Positions 1-8,002 of a stretch of DNA of 24,233 nucleotides are shown in pieces. The DNA is taken from positions 1 to 24,233 of the IMG/VR virus record IMGVR_UViG_3300031848_000657; one strand, given 5' to 3'. Within the stretch, counting starts at the first letter, position 1. Each line of letters starts with the position of its first letter. The notes beneath the pieces are model-generated. The model saw nothing but the letters and a program-made list of their open reading frames with translations, made no database searches and had not been told where the DNA came from. Source of the DNA: a virus. Its lineage: Duplodnaviria; Caudoviricetes. The translations under genes and the position numbers were made by a program.

Positions 1-1549
1 TTTCTTCAATGCCTGGCTGGCAGTTGACAGCATACATCATTGTAGGAGAACTTTCCATACCACGTAGGTCGAACCATTCGTGTACATCTTCTTCTAGTAT
101 ACTACCTGCAAATGGACGGAAGTATTCACGGTGCTTAATTTCATTTACAAAATCTTTACCATCTTTGAATGTAGGATCAAACATTAAACTTCTATTACCT
201 AATGCACGTGGACCGTTTTCCGAACGTCCTTGGAAATTAGCAACAATGTTTTTTGATTTCATTAATTCAACAATATCTTCGTGAGTTGCATTTTTAATTT
301 CAGCATCATATTTTTCTACTGTACTATAAATATCTTGTTCTGAATAATCATACTTAGGGCCTAAAAATACATCATTAGCACGTTCATTAACTGTGTTATC
401 TTTTGTAGTCTTATAATGCTGCCACAATGCTGCACCCATTGCTGTTCCTGCATCATTTGAAATAGGTTCTACATAAATTTCAATGCCTTCATCTTTAAGA
501 GCATCTAGATAGTGATAATTGGCAACACAGTTAAGTCCATAGCCGCCACTAATAACAACTTTTTTACATTTTGATATTTTAACAGCATGTCTAATTAATT
601 GTACAACAGCTTCTTGTGTTTCTTGCTGTACTGCATATGCTAAATCTCTTCTATTTTCAAGATATGTAACATCTTCTTGATCATATGCAAGATCGTCATT
701 AGATAATGACGCATATAAGTTTTTATTAATAACTGCACCGTTTGGATATCTAGGAACTATTAAACTTCTATTTGTTGAAGGCACAGGCAAAGCTGATTCA
801 TTGTCCATGAGTGAGGGGATTTCTTTATTTGCTTTACCATAAGGGGATAATCCCATAGTCTTGCCAGCTTCAATAGAAGTAAACCCACAATATTCTGTTA
901 CAGCTTCGTATGCTTTTACAATACCAGCTCTATCATGAATAAATGCTGAATATTCTGCACCTGGTTCTCCCCAATTGGAGGCGTCCCACTTATCAGCTAG
1001 CCCTCCTGGAATAGCTTCGCGGGCACCTAGACTCTTATGCAAAGTTTTAAAGTTTGCAGGGTAGCTACACTTGTAAATGCTTTCAGTTTCCCATACAGTC
1101 ATATCAGTACCACTGCTGTTCAGCGGAAAAAATGTGCCTGCTCCATCAACAATTACTGCTACAGCTTGATCGAATCCTGATCTATAAAATGACATTGCTG
1201 CATGCATCTTATGATGATACATAGCCACGTCAATTACTTTATCTTGATTTCCAGGTTGTTTTGCATCTAGCAATCCTATTTTTCTTGCTAGTCCAGTATA
1301 AACATCTTCACCAGAGTAATCTAGTTTTCCAGCTGTCTCTTCTAAAGAGGTTGTATGGCAGATAACTAAGTGATCTAGTTTATCTGTGTACTCTAATATT
1401 TTTAACATACTAGCTAGAGGGCCGCCGTCATACTTTAAACGTGTTAGCCGTTCTTCTTCAATACTGAAAACAATCTCGCCGTCTTTAAGCAAACACACTC
1501 CTGAGTTGTGTCCTCTAGCTACTCCTGCAATCCAAATTGGTCTTGACAT
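1..1549 (-). CDS. Carbamoyltransferase, NodU/CmcH/TobZ family; 3' end runs off the window
   Basis: Not in the ORF track because there is no stop in the window. ATG at 1549-1547 abuts the upstream TAA. My translation begins MSRPIWIAGVARGHNSGVCLLKDGEIVFSIEEERLTRLKYDG and contains the family motifs YHHKMHA, VDGAG, GKTMGLSPYG, SGGYGLNCVAN, NDAGTAMGAA, ENGPRALGNRS and KHREYFRPFAGS. Confidence 0.95.
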   Translation of the reverse strand, partial: MSRPIWIAGVARGHNSGVCLLKDGEIVFSIEEERLTRLKYDGGPLASMLKILEYTDKLDHLVICHTTSLEETAGKLDYSGEDVYTGLARKIGLLDAKQPGNQDKVIDVAMYHHKMHAAMSFYRSGFDQAVAVIVDGAGTFFPLNSSGTDMTVWETESIYKCSYPANFKTLHKSLGAREAIPGGLADKWDASNWGEPGAEYSAFIHDRAGIVKAYEAVTEYCGFTSIEAGKTMGLSPYGKANKEIPSLMDNESALPVPSTNRSLIVPRYPNGAVINKNLYASLSNDDLAYDQEDVTYLENRRDLAYAVQQETQEAVVQLIRHAVKISKCKKVVISGGYGLNCVANYHYLDALKDEGIEIYVEPISNDAGTAMGAALWQHYKTTKDNTVNERANDVFLGPKYDYSEQDIYSTVEKYDAEIKNATHEDIVELMKSKNIVANFQGRSENGPRALGNRSLMFDPTFKDGKDFVNEIKHREYFRPFAGSILEEDVHEWFDLRGMESSPTMMYAVNCQPGIEE

Positions 1550-2455
1550 TTAATATCCTCTGTATGTGTTAAAATTGTTATCTGTAACGTAATGATCTAT
1601 CTTTTCTCTAAATTGGAATAGGTCAATTTCGGTTTCATTATATGTAGTATCTACGTAATTAATTATACTACTTTGTTTATCGTTAAGCGTTATTTCTTTA
1701 TCTAGGGTCGGTAATAGACATTCTTGTAACCACGTAGCATGGGCGTGTGTTGACGGATGGGGATCCCACCAATACGGCTCTTCTTTACTTGTACGTTCGT
1801 TTGTGTTAACAAATTTGTAAATATTAGGACTATCAGTAATATGTTGATTTTCTCCTAATTGCTGACCTTGCCATGAAAAACTTCCTATAGGAGTTGTCCA
1901 ATGTTGACTATTGTCGTCCCATATTGATTTTATATAATGATTAAATTCAGGATATTCTTCTAACAATGTTTTACTAACAGTACTGTTTTCGCCGTCACCA
2001 TCAAATTTTAAGAAGTCATTTCCTAGCTTGTTAAAATCACCTATAGTAGTCATAGCCCATTTACATCCTGTAGATTTTAATAATCCTTGTGCTAGTGTCA
2101 TCGAATTTAGTGAATGCATTACGTATGAACGTTCGTTAAAGAACTGATCATACCATTTTCTAGTATAAAATTCTATATTATGCATATTAAAAACAGAACC
2201 TTTAGTTGCCCATCCTTCTCTTTTATGATAATCATTTCTTAAATGAGAAGTCCACTGAACAACTATAGTATCATCTTTAGTAAAGTTATGTTTTGAATGG
2301 CATTCAGAAATACGCTGGGCTATTGCTACATTACCTAATCCAGCGAATCCCCAATTCTCTACTAATTCATATTCACTATCTAATGAAAGTAGGTCGGCCC
2401 ACGTAGGCCAATCAAACCAAGTAAAGCTACATCCAAATGTAAATAATCTTTTCAT
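1550..2455 (-). CDS. SGNH/GDSL-hydrolase-like protein (possible acyl esterase/transferase), 301 aa
   Basis: N-terminal FGCSFT resembles the block I GDS nucleophile motif. GLGN resembles block II, VQWTSHLRND follows, and C-terminal DPHP resembles the block V Asp/His motif. Tightly coupled to both neighbours. Confidence 0.65.
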   Translation of the reverse strand: MKRLFTFGCSFTWFDWPTWADLLSLDSEYELVENWGFAGLGNVAIAQRISECHSKHNFTKDDTIVVQWTSHLRNDYHKREGWATKGSVFNMHNIEFYTRKWYDQFFNERSYVMHSLNSMTLAQGLLKSTGCKWAMTTIGDFNKLGNDFLKFDGDGENSTVSKTLLEEYPEFNHYIKSIWDDNSQHWTTPIGSFSWQGQQLGENQHITDSPNIYKFVNTNERTSKEEPYWWDPHPSTHAHATWLQECLLPTLDKEITLNDKQSSIINYVDTTYNETEIDLFQFREKIDHYVTDNNFNTYRGY

Positions 2456-2457
2456 AG

Positions 2458-3393
2458 TTAACTTACGTTCTTTGTAATTTCTTCTATCATATGCTTTTCA
2501 ATTTTATCGTCCATTTGCATAATACCTTCATTGACTCTGTCGGAATATTCATCCTGGGTAATTCTAATAGGACTGTACACTCTAGATACTTCTCCCATAT
2601 CTAAAATATTAACAGTCTCACAATTAGGATAAGATGTATTTACTGGAAAGGTACTTCCAATCATAACAGTGCTTGGTATACCAAATGCATATGCCATATG
2701 CTGGCCTACACTATCGCAGCCTACAAAATGATGAGATTCAGCAATAATAGAACACCAGTCCCGTAACTCTATTCCTTTTGGTACTGCAATAGGGCGATCA
2801 AGTCCGTGTTCTTTAAAGTCAATGGCCATTTCTCCCATAAAGATAATAGAAAACTCTTTACTAAGCTCTTTTAAAATGTTAACTAAGTTTGTTGGCTCAA
2901 TACTTCTTCCACTAAGGTCAGTTAGCATACCGTCTTGTTCTACAATCCCTCTACCAAACGGTTGTACTACTATTACTTTTTCTTTTTCTGTTTTTGCTCT
3001 AACTTCTTTAACTACTTGTGCGCCACGCATTAGTTCTTGTTTACTTAACCTAATATTAGGTTTTGGTAGATCTCTAATACCTTTATTATTAATAGCAATG
3101 TCATATGCTTGCGACAAATTACATTTTTGATTGTAGTATTCCCAAATTCTATAAGGTTCAGGACTTACTATATTCATAGTTTTTAATTTATCTTCAAATA
3201 AATTTTTATGCCAATGATCATATGCTTTAGCATGTAATACTGGATGTCCTTTGAAAAAATCTGTGCCACCTTCACATATTACTAGAAAATCATCATTTGG
3301 ATTTTCTTCGTGAAATTTTTCTAGTGCAGGTATTGAACATACTACTCGACCAGCGCCGCCGTTTATAAAAATTGCTGTATTTCTCTTTGACAT
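2458..3393 (-). CDS. Glycosyltransferase, GT9/ADP-heptose heptosyltransferase-like (GT-B fold), 311 aa
   Basis: GGAGRVVCSIPAL aligns with the WaaC/WaaF GDVL..LPAL start. Also has LPKPNIRLS, VIVVQPFG and FVGCDSVGQHMAYAFGIPSTVMIGST, which matches the GT9 pattern D(S/T)GxxHxAxAxxxPxxxxxG. Confidence 0.8.
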   Translation of the reverse strand: MSKRNTAIFINGGAGRVVCSIPALEKFHEENPNDDFLVICEGGTDFFKGHPVLHAKAYDHWHKNLFEDKLKTMNIVSPEPYRIWEYYNQKCNLSQAYDIAINNKGIRDLPKPNIRLSKQELMRGAQVVKEVRAKTEKEKVIVVQPFGRGIVEQDGMLTDLSGRSIEPTNLVNILKELSKEFSIIFMGEMAIDFKEHGLDRPIAVPKGIELRDWCSIIAESHHFVGCDSVGQHMAYAFGIPSTVMIGSTFPVNTSYPNCETVNILDMGEVSRVYSPIRITQDEYSDRVNEGIMQMDDKIEKHMIEEITKNVS

Positions 3394-3447
3394 ATTTTCT
3401 TAATTCCTATCGTTAATAAACTAAGCAGTTAATTGCTTCTATATGAA

Positions 3448-3455
3448 TATTTATA
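3448..3455 (-). promoter_or_regulatory. T4-type late promoter TATAAATA driving the GT9-SGNH-carbamoyltransferase operon
   Basis: Exact TATAAATA on the minus strand, intergenic, downstream of a terminator and about 55 nt upstream of the ATG at 3393. Confidence 0.8.
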
Positions 3456-3477
3456 TAGGTTTTGTACTAGAGATGGT

Positions 3478-3504
3478 CAAAGTGAAAGGCGCCTAAGCGC
3501 CTTT
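3478..3504 (-). terminator. Rho-independent terminator ending the tail-fibre block
   Basis: Minus-strand RNA AAAGGCGC-UUAG-GCGCCUUU-CACUUU: a perfect inverted repeat (3485-3492/3497-3504) with a U-rich tail, 20 nt after the stop at 3525. Confidence 0.85.
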
Positions 3505-3524
3505 ACTTTATAATGTAGTTTATA

Positions 3525-4565
3525 CTACTCTACTGCTTGGGGATGAGCTGGGTTAAATGTTGCTTCTGCCTGATGCCGTGTTTTAGCATCTTCAGTGTTT
3601 GTTACAACAGCATCAGCTTTTGAAGCTAAAGCAGTTTCGCCATGAATAGTTAGTAATGGTTGGTCTTGCCATTCTACTTTCCACGGGTCAACTTGTTTAA
3701 CTTTAGTTAGTGTAACTTTTGCTCCAGTGCCTGCACCGTTAGTTACAAAGAAACATTCAGTATATATTGCTGCTTCAGGATGGTATAATGCTCGCTTATT
3801 TTCAATACTAATTCCTGTAATAGCGCCACTACCACTAACAGTTGCAACAGTTATCTTAACTTCATCAACTACTGAAGTATTTTTATACTTAGGGTCTTGA
3901 ACTAATAGTATATCACCTTGTGCATACCCTGCCCCACCTGTTGGAACTGTTGCAGTCCATGCAACACCTACTACTTCTGTAATTGTCCTTAAATATGTTC
4001 TATATTCTTGTACTGCTGTTGTTAAAGATGAACCTAAATCTTCGCTGTACAATCTATCACTATTTTGTAAAGTATTATCACGGAAAACAAGTCTTTCTGC
4101 CCAAGTTGCTATTGGTTGTTTCCAAGGAAACGGTGTAACAAACCTGTGACTTGCTAGTGAAAATTCAATTTCAGTAAGCTCATATGTGTGATTTGGGATA
4201 GGATATTTGTCTCTTACATACGTGCTTGTTTGACCTGGCACTGTTTCTTCTATGTCTGGAATTGAATATGGATCAACACCGTCAAACATTGCACAAATAA
4301 CTGCTGAATCCATATCTCTTTCAGCATCTACTTCTACCAAATAATGATCACCCTGTGGCATTGGCATATCATTATTAAACATCAGCTCGCCTTCTGGCGC
4401 CTTCTGAACTCTCATAATTTTATTTGTAATACTACTAATCCAAACATATATTTTGTTAGGGCCTTTGTATTTTACATAAGCCTTTTTTGAAAGTACATTT
4501 GTTTGATGATAGATATCATCAGGTAGATCGTAGTCTATATCTTTTATTATTTCTCTAATAGCCAT
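3525..4565 (-). CDS. Tail fibre assembly chaperone-like protein with an inserted beta-rich domain, 346 aa
   Basis: TWAERLVFRDNTLQNSD...QEYRTYLRTI..PWKV matches the phage tail assembly chaperone pattern R(D/N)xxLxxSD...YRxxLR. Paralog of 6147..6821 (YKGPNKIYVWI vs YNGPDKVFLFV). Confidence 0.7.
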   Translation of the reverse strand: MAIREIIKDIDYDLPDDIYHQTNVLSKKAYVKYKGPNKIYVWISSITNKIMRVQKAPEGELMFNNDMPMPQGDHYLVEVDAERDMDSAVICAMFDGVDPYSIPDIEETVPGQTSTYVRDKYPIPNHTYELTEIEFSLASHRFVTPFPWKQPIATWAERLVFRDNTLQNSDRLYSEDLGSSLTTAVQEYRTYLRTITEVVGVAWTATVPTGGAGYAQGDILLVQDPKYKNTSVVDEVKITVATVSGSGAITGISIENKRALYHPEAAIYTECFFVTNGAGTGAKVTLTKVKQVDPWKVEWQDQPLLTIHGETALASKADAVVTNTEDAKTRHQAEATFNPAHPQAVE

Positions 4566-4574
4566 AATTATTCC

Positions 4575-5375
4575 TTACCAGTAAACTACATAAATCATGC
4601 CGCCACCACCTGGCCCGCCGCATCTACATGTGCCGTCATTAGTCCACGCTGCAAATCCGCCGCCTCCTGGATGGAAGCCTGCCATCATACATGCTTGTCC
4701 GCAACAACTTGTATAGTTTCCGCAAATTCCGCCATAGCAGCTGTTACAACAAGTACTTGATCCTTGTGGTCTTGGTCCTGGATGTCCGTACGCATTTCCT
4801 GCTGCTTGCCATCCAGCTTCTACACAAAATTGTGAACTGTGATACATTCCAGAATTACCTGGAGTATGTTCTAGTGTGGTAATTGCTGCTCCGGTATTGT
4901 AGGCGCATCCGCCACAACATCCACACATAGAACAACATGAATAACAACTAATTGACAAGTTACATCTTGGATATCTAGCAGTATATAAACCGCCCGTTAC
5001 ACATCCACACCAAGTACCTTCTTTGCATATCGTAGATGCACATCCACACCAACCTTGGCAACAACTCATATCTGTACCGGATGTTCCTGCTGAACACAAA
5101 CAAACCGTGTCACCACCACTAACAGTTACTTCATACATTGCATAGCCACCGCCGCCACCGCCGCCACCTTGTGTACAGCAACATGCAAATCCGCCACCAG
5201 CGCCACCGCTCCATACTTCAAAAATTGCTTTTGTCTTGCCAGTGGGTACTGTCCAAACATATGCACAGCCGCCATTTTCTTTGATCCATTTTTGGTCGTT
5301 TTCGATATAAAATTCTGCGGGTTTTATTACCCCTCCAGCTTCATACCCGTATATTAGATCTGTTAAATTACTCAT
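4575..5375 (-). CDS. Cys/Gly-rich putative tail-tip adhesin, paralog C, 266 aa (31 Cys by hand count)
   Basis: WTVPTG...FEVWSGGAGGG.ACCC.QGGGGGGGGY and C-terminal HPGGGG...GGPGGGGMIYVVYW, the glycine-rich-domain layout of phage tail proteins. Confidence 0.7.
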   Translation of the reverse strand: MSNLTDLIYGYEAGGVIKPAEFYIENDQKWIKENGGCAYVWTVPTGKTKAIFEVWSGGAGGGFACCCTQGGGGGGGGYAMYEVTVSGGDTVCLCSAGTSGTDMSCCQGWCGCASTICKEGTWCGCVTGGLYTARYPRCNLSISCYSCCSMCGCCGGCAYNTGAAITTLEHTPGNSGMYHSSQFCVEAGWQAAGNAYGHPGPRPQGSSTCCNSCYGGICGNYTSCCGQACMMAGFHPGGGGFAAWTNDGTCRCGGPGGGGMIYVVYW

Positions 5376-5387
5376 TTCTTAATCCTT

Positions 5388-6143
5388 TTAAGTTGCCGCA
5401 TGCCATTCGACTAAAATTAATCCGCCTGCTCCGGCAGCACCACAACCTTTATATGTATTATGACTTGATGGAGTACCGCCGCCACCTCCTGGAAAGTGTG
5501 AGTAGCCTAGCTGTCCACATCCGCAACAATAACCCGCACATGCATCTCTGGATGGACGGAAGAAGTTGCCTACAAATGGCGCAGTAGGGGCCCATGAATA
5601 TGCTGTTCCTGAACAAAATGCTGTGCCTTTCTGAGCACCCATTGCGCCACAGAATCCAAAGCCTCCGCACCAAGATCCACATAAATGTGATGAACATCCC
5701 ATGTAAGTTGTTCCAATTGCTCCCCAACAAAAATTACAGCCTCTATGGCCACCGGAAGCACATGCTATGTTTACAGCTTCTGTTGTGCCATATACGTAAG
5801 TTGGATAAGCATCGCAGCCATTGCCGCAATCCTGTGAACAATATGTTGAACCAGCTGCACAAAATCTATATGTTTGGCCTGGTGCTGTAGTGTTAATAAT
5901 TTTTCTTGAATAACTACCTGCTCCGCCGGGCGTACCAAACTGGCAACAACAAGAGCCTGCACCGCCGCCACCGCCGCCCCACATCTCTACTGAAAACCAT
6001 GTTACTCCGGCTGGAACAGTCCATAAGCAACAGCATCCAGAGTTGTTTTGATCGTCGACGTTTGTAGCATATACTGCCATTGTATCGACATTAACGGTGC
6101 CGCTGCTGCCGCCATATTGTAACATTGTTTTAAGTGCTGACAT
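5388..6143 (-). CDS. Cys/Gly-rich putative tail-tip adhesin, paralog B, 251 aa (23 Cys by hand count)
   Basis: GCCCLWTVPAG...VEMWGGGGGGAGSCCC...GGAGSY, and FPGGGGG...GAAGAGGLILVEW. Confidence 0.7.
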   Translation of the reverse strand: MSALKTMLQYGGSSGTVNVDTMAVYATNVDDQNNSGCCCLWTVPAGVTWFSVEMWGGGGGGAGSCCCQFGTPGGAGSYSRKIINTTAPGQTYRFCAAGSTYCSQDCGNGCDAYPTYVYGTTEAVNIACASGGHRGCNFCWGAIGTTYMGCSSHLCGSWCGGFGFCGAMGAQKGTAFCSGTAYSWAPTAPFVGNFFRPSRDACAGYCCGCGQLGYSHFPGGGGGTPSSHNTYKGCGAAGAGGLILVEWHAAT

Positions 6144-6146
6144 TGT

Positions 6147-6821
6147 TTAACCCGCCTTTGTGTCTGGTGCTAATGGATACTGTACTTTCCAAGCTTCAAT
6201 CTCATCCGATTCACCATGTTTGAATACAGTTGGTAATGCTCTAAGTGCTGCTCTATAGTTAACCCAAGGAGTTTTTAATGCACTTGGCATATCCGGACTA
6301 ATCTTTCCATCAGATCCTTCTAACATTGCATCTCTATTTTCAATAACATCAGTCCAAGTTACATCTGGACCTCTATATGCTGGGACAGCCCATGTTTCAT
6401 TATCTATGTCATAAACTATTTTATCTTCATGTACATATGTTATACCTACGTCTGGTTTGAGTTGATATTTAACTGTATAAGCACCTACTGTTTCAGTTAC
6501 TTCGCTATCATTGTTTACAGTATTTGTTGAGCCACCAGGCCTAACAATTGCCATTATCAAAGGATCATCTGCAAGAGTAACTTCTACTCTAACAGTTCCT
6601 AGTGGTAATGGAACTGTTGCTCCATCATCTGCTTCCAGCAATTCTTGCAGTGCTAGGCTTCGTTTTCCTTTGTTCTCTCCGTCTGCGTCAACAAACAAAA
6701 AAACCTTATCCGGGCCATTGTACGTCAGCGAAACTGTATCATTGTCGCTATCACTTTGCGTATAACGCTCGTTTGGTACTTTGTAAGTAAACGTCCTACT
6801 AGTTATTGTATTTGTTGGCAT
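6147..6821 (-). CDS. Tail fibre assembly chaperone-like protein, 224 aa
   Basis: C-terminal TWTDVIENRDAMLEGSDGKISPDMP....WVNYRAALRALP...WKVQYPLAP is a typical tail assembly chaperone domain pattern. Confidence 0.75.
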   Translation of the reverse strand: MPTNTITSRTFTYKVPNERYTQSDSDNDTVSLTYNGPDKVFLFVDADGENKGKRSLALQELLEADDGATVPLPLGTVRVEVTLADDPLIMAIVRPGGSTNTVNNDSEVTETVGAYTVKYQLKPDVGITYVHEDKIVYDIDNETWAVPAYRGPDVTWTDVIENRDAMLEGSDGKISPDMPSALKTPWVNYRAALRALPTVFKHGESDEIEAWKVQYPLAPDTKAG

Positions 6822-6839
6822 TATCTTTCCTCGCTTAAA

Positions 6840-7631
6840 TTAATTATATATAACAACGACTTGTCCGCCCGAGCCTGGTTGTCCATTATAATGAACGCCG
6901 CCGCAAGCTATAGCTGAAATTCCAGGTCCTCCTGGAAAACTTTGTCCAGTAAATGGGTCGCCACTGGTGCACATGACATGTCTGCCTTCTTGATGCCAAC
7001 ATGAACATAAATCTTCGTTTCTGCGGCCTAATTGTTTGAATCCACCGGAATCCCACATAAAGAATTGTGAGTGACAATATTGATTTCTCATTCCTGTGCC
7101 GCCCATACCTGCAATCTTTACATCGCCGATGCCTTGGGATGTACCTGATGAACCTTTGTTAATTCTTCCATGGCAACAAGTATATGCTCCATAAGGACTA
7201 CTGTGTCCTGCCTGTGAGTTTCCATCTTGGCCGCCACATGCACAAGCAATTACTGTTGCAGCTGTCACGTCATAAACATAACTTGAACAACCTATACACC
7301 CGTTATTACTAATTTCGTATGCACATGAAGTTGAACTTCCTGCACAAATTCTATATTGACAGCCTGCTACTGTATCAACTCTGTGTTGCACATAAGAGCC
7401 TGCTGTACCTTGATATGCTTCGTACACACAACAACAACCATCGTTGCCTGATGCGCCGCCGCCCCATAGTTCAAAAGTAATTGATGTCATTCCTGCTGGA
7501 ACTGTCCACAAACAACAGCATCCGCCGTTTGCAGGATCATTTACTGAAGTATGATAGACTTTCAAACGCTGTGGTACATTACCAGTGAACTGCGGTCCTA
7601 TATCACTTAAAAGTGCTGTTAGTGTTGTCAT
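6840..7631 (-). CDS. Cys/Gly-rich putative tail-tip adhesin, paralog A, 263 aa (20 Cys by hand count)
   Basis: GGCCCLWTVPAG...FELWGGGASGNDGCCC...AGSY, and FPGGPG...GQPGSGGQVVVIY. Confidence 0.7.
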   Translation of the reverse strand: MTTLTALLSDIGPQFTGNVPQRLKVYHTSVNDPANGGCCCLWTVPAGMTSITFELWGGGASGNDGCCCVYEAYQGTAGSYVQHRVDTVAGCQYRICAGSSTSCAYEISNNGCIGCSSYVYDVTAATVIACACGGQDGNSQAGHSSPYGAYTCCHGRINKGSSGTSQGIGDVKIAGMGGTGMRNQYCHSQFFMWDSGGFKQLGRRNEDLCSCWHQEGRHVMCTSGDPFTGQSFPGGPGISAIACGGVHYNGQPGSGGQVVVIYN

Positions 7632-7656
7632 CTGACTATACCCCTATCCTTCTGAA

Positions 7657-7977
7657 TTATGATCCACACAGAACCCAACCGTAAGTTGCTCCTGAGTAAA
7701 CTAGTACCGGCGATGCATTGTTAATATCAATAGTTAGATCAGTTGCAGAGTTTTGAATCTCATGCCCGTTTCTAGCTACTGTAATATTAGCCGAACCTGC
7801 TGTACCTGAAATATCAACTACTTGAATAGTATCATTCTCAGTTGCTGTTGCAGGAAGAGTAATTGTAATACTCCCCGCTGTGCATAGTATACGCTGATTT
7901 ACTGTTGCCGTTACACTAGTCCCAGTAACAACATTATTTGTTGCGTAGTTAAGTGTGCTTGTTAAATATCTTCCCAT
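7657..7977 (-). CDS. Small tail-fibre protein; stand-alone domain resembling T4 gp34/gp9-type beta domains, 106 aa
   Basis: ITLPATATENDTIQVVDISG...ITVARNGHEI...LVYSGATYGW matches the TLP...(G)D.+.+.D..G...NG..I...LVY...GW pattern of T4-like fibre domains. Confidence 0.6.
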   Translation of the reverse strand: MGRYLTSTLNYATNNVVTGTSVTATVNQRILCTAGSITITLPATATENDTIQVVDISGTAGSANITVARNGHEIQNSATDLTIDINNASPVLVYSGATYGWVLCGS

Positions 7978-7994
7978 TGTAGTGTCCTTTTATA

Positions 7995-8002
7995 TATTTA
8001 TG
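7995..8002 (-). promoter_or_regulatory. Probable late promoter CATAAATA upstream of the Cys-rich cassette
   Basis: ATAAATA core overlapping the TAA stop of 7998..8315, followed by an AAAGGA RBS and the ATG at 7977. Confidence 0.55.

Noticed and set aside
325-332. Plus-strand TATAAATA inside the carbamoyltransferase gene
   Set aside because: It is antisense and intragenic with no credible downstream gene, and is expected by chance in AT-rich DNA.
4482-4488. In-phase A_AAA_AAG slippery heptamer in the 346-aa chaperone gene
   Set aside because: The -1 frame stops after about 7 codons, no stimulator is evident, and the site is not at the equivalent position in the paralog.
6696-6702. In-phase T_TTT_TTG slippery heptamer in the 224-aa chaperone gene
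   Set aside because: The -1 frame hits TGA after two codons, so no extended product is possible.
5458-7077. Same-strand alternative-frame ORFs within the Cys-rich genes (5458..5730, 5570..5761, 5771..5971, 6886..7077)
   Set aside because: They are short, lack motifs, and are explained by the locally higher GC of Gly/Cys codons.
4575-7631. Cys-rich proteins as RiPP precursors, metallothioneins or recoded (selenocysteine) genes
   Set aside because: They are ~260-aa proteins with a tail glycine-rich domain layout and flanking tail chaperones. There are no in-frame TGA codons and no leader/core organisation.
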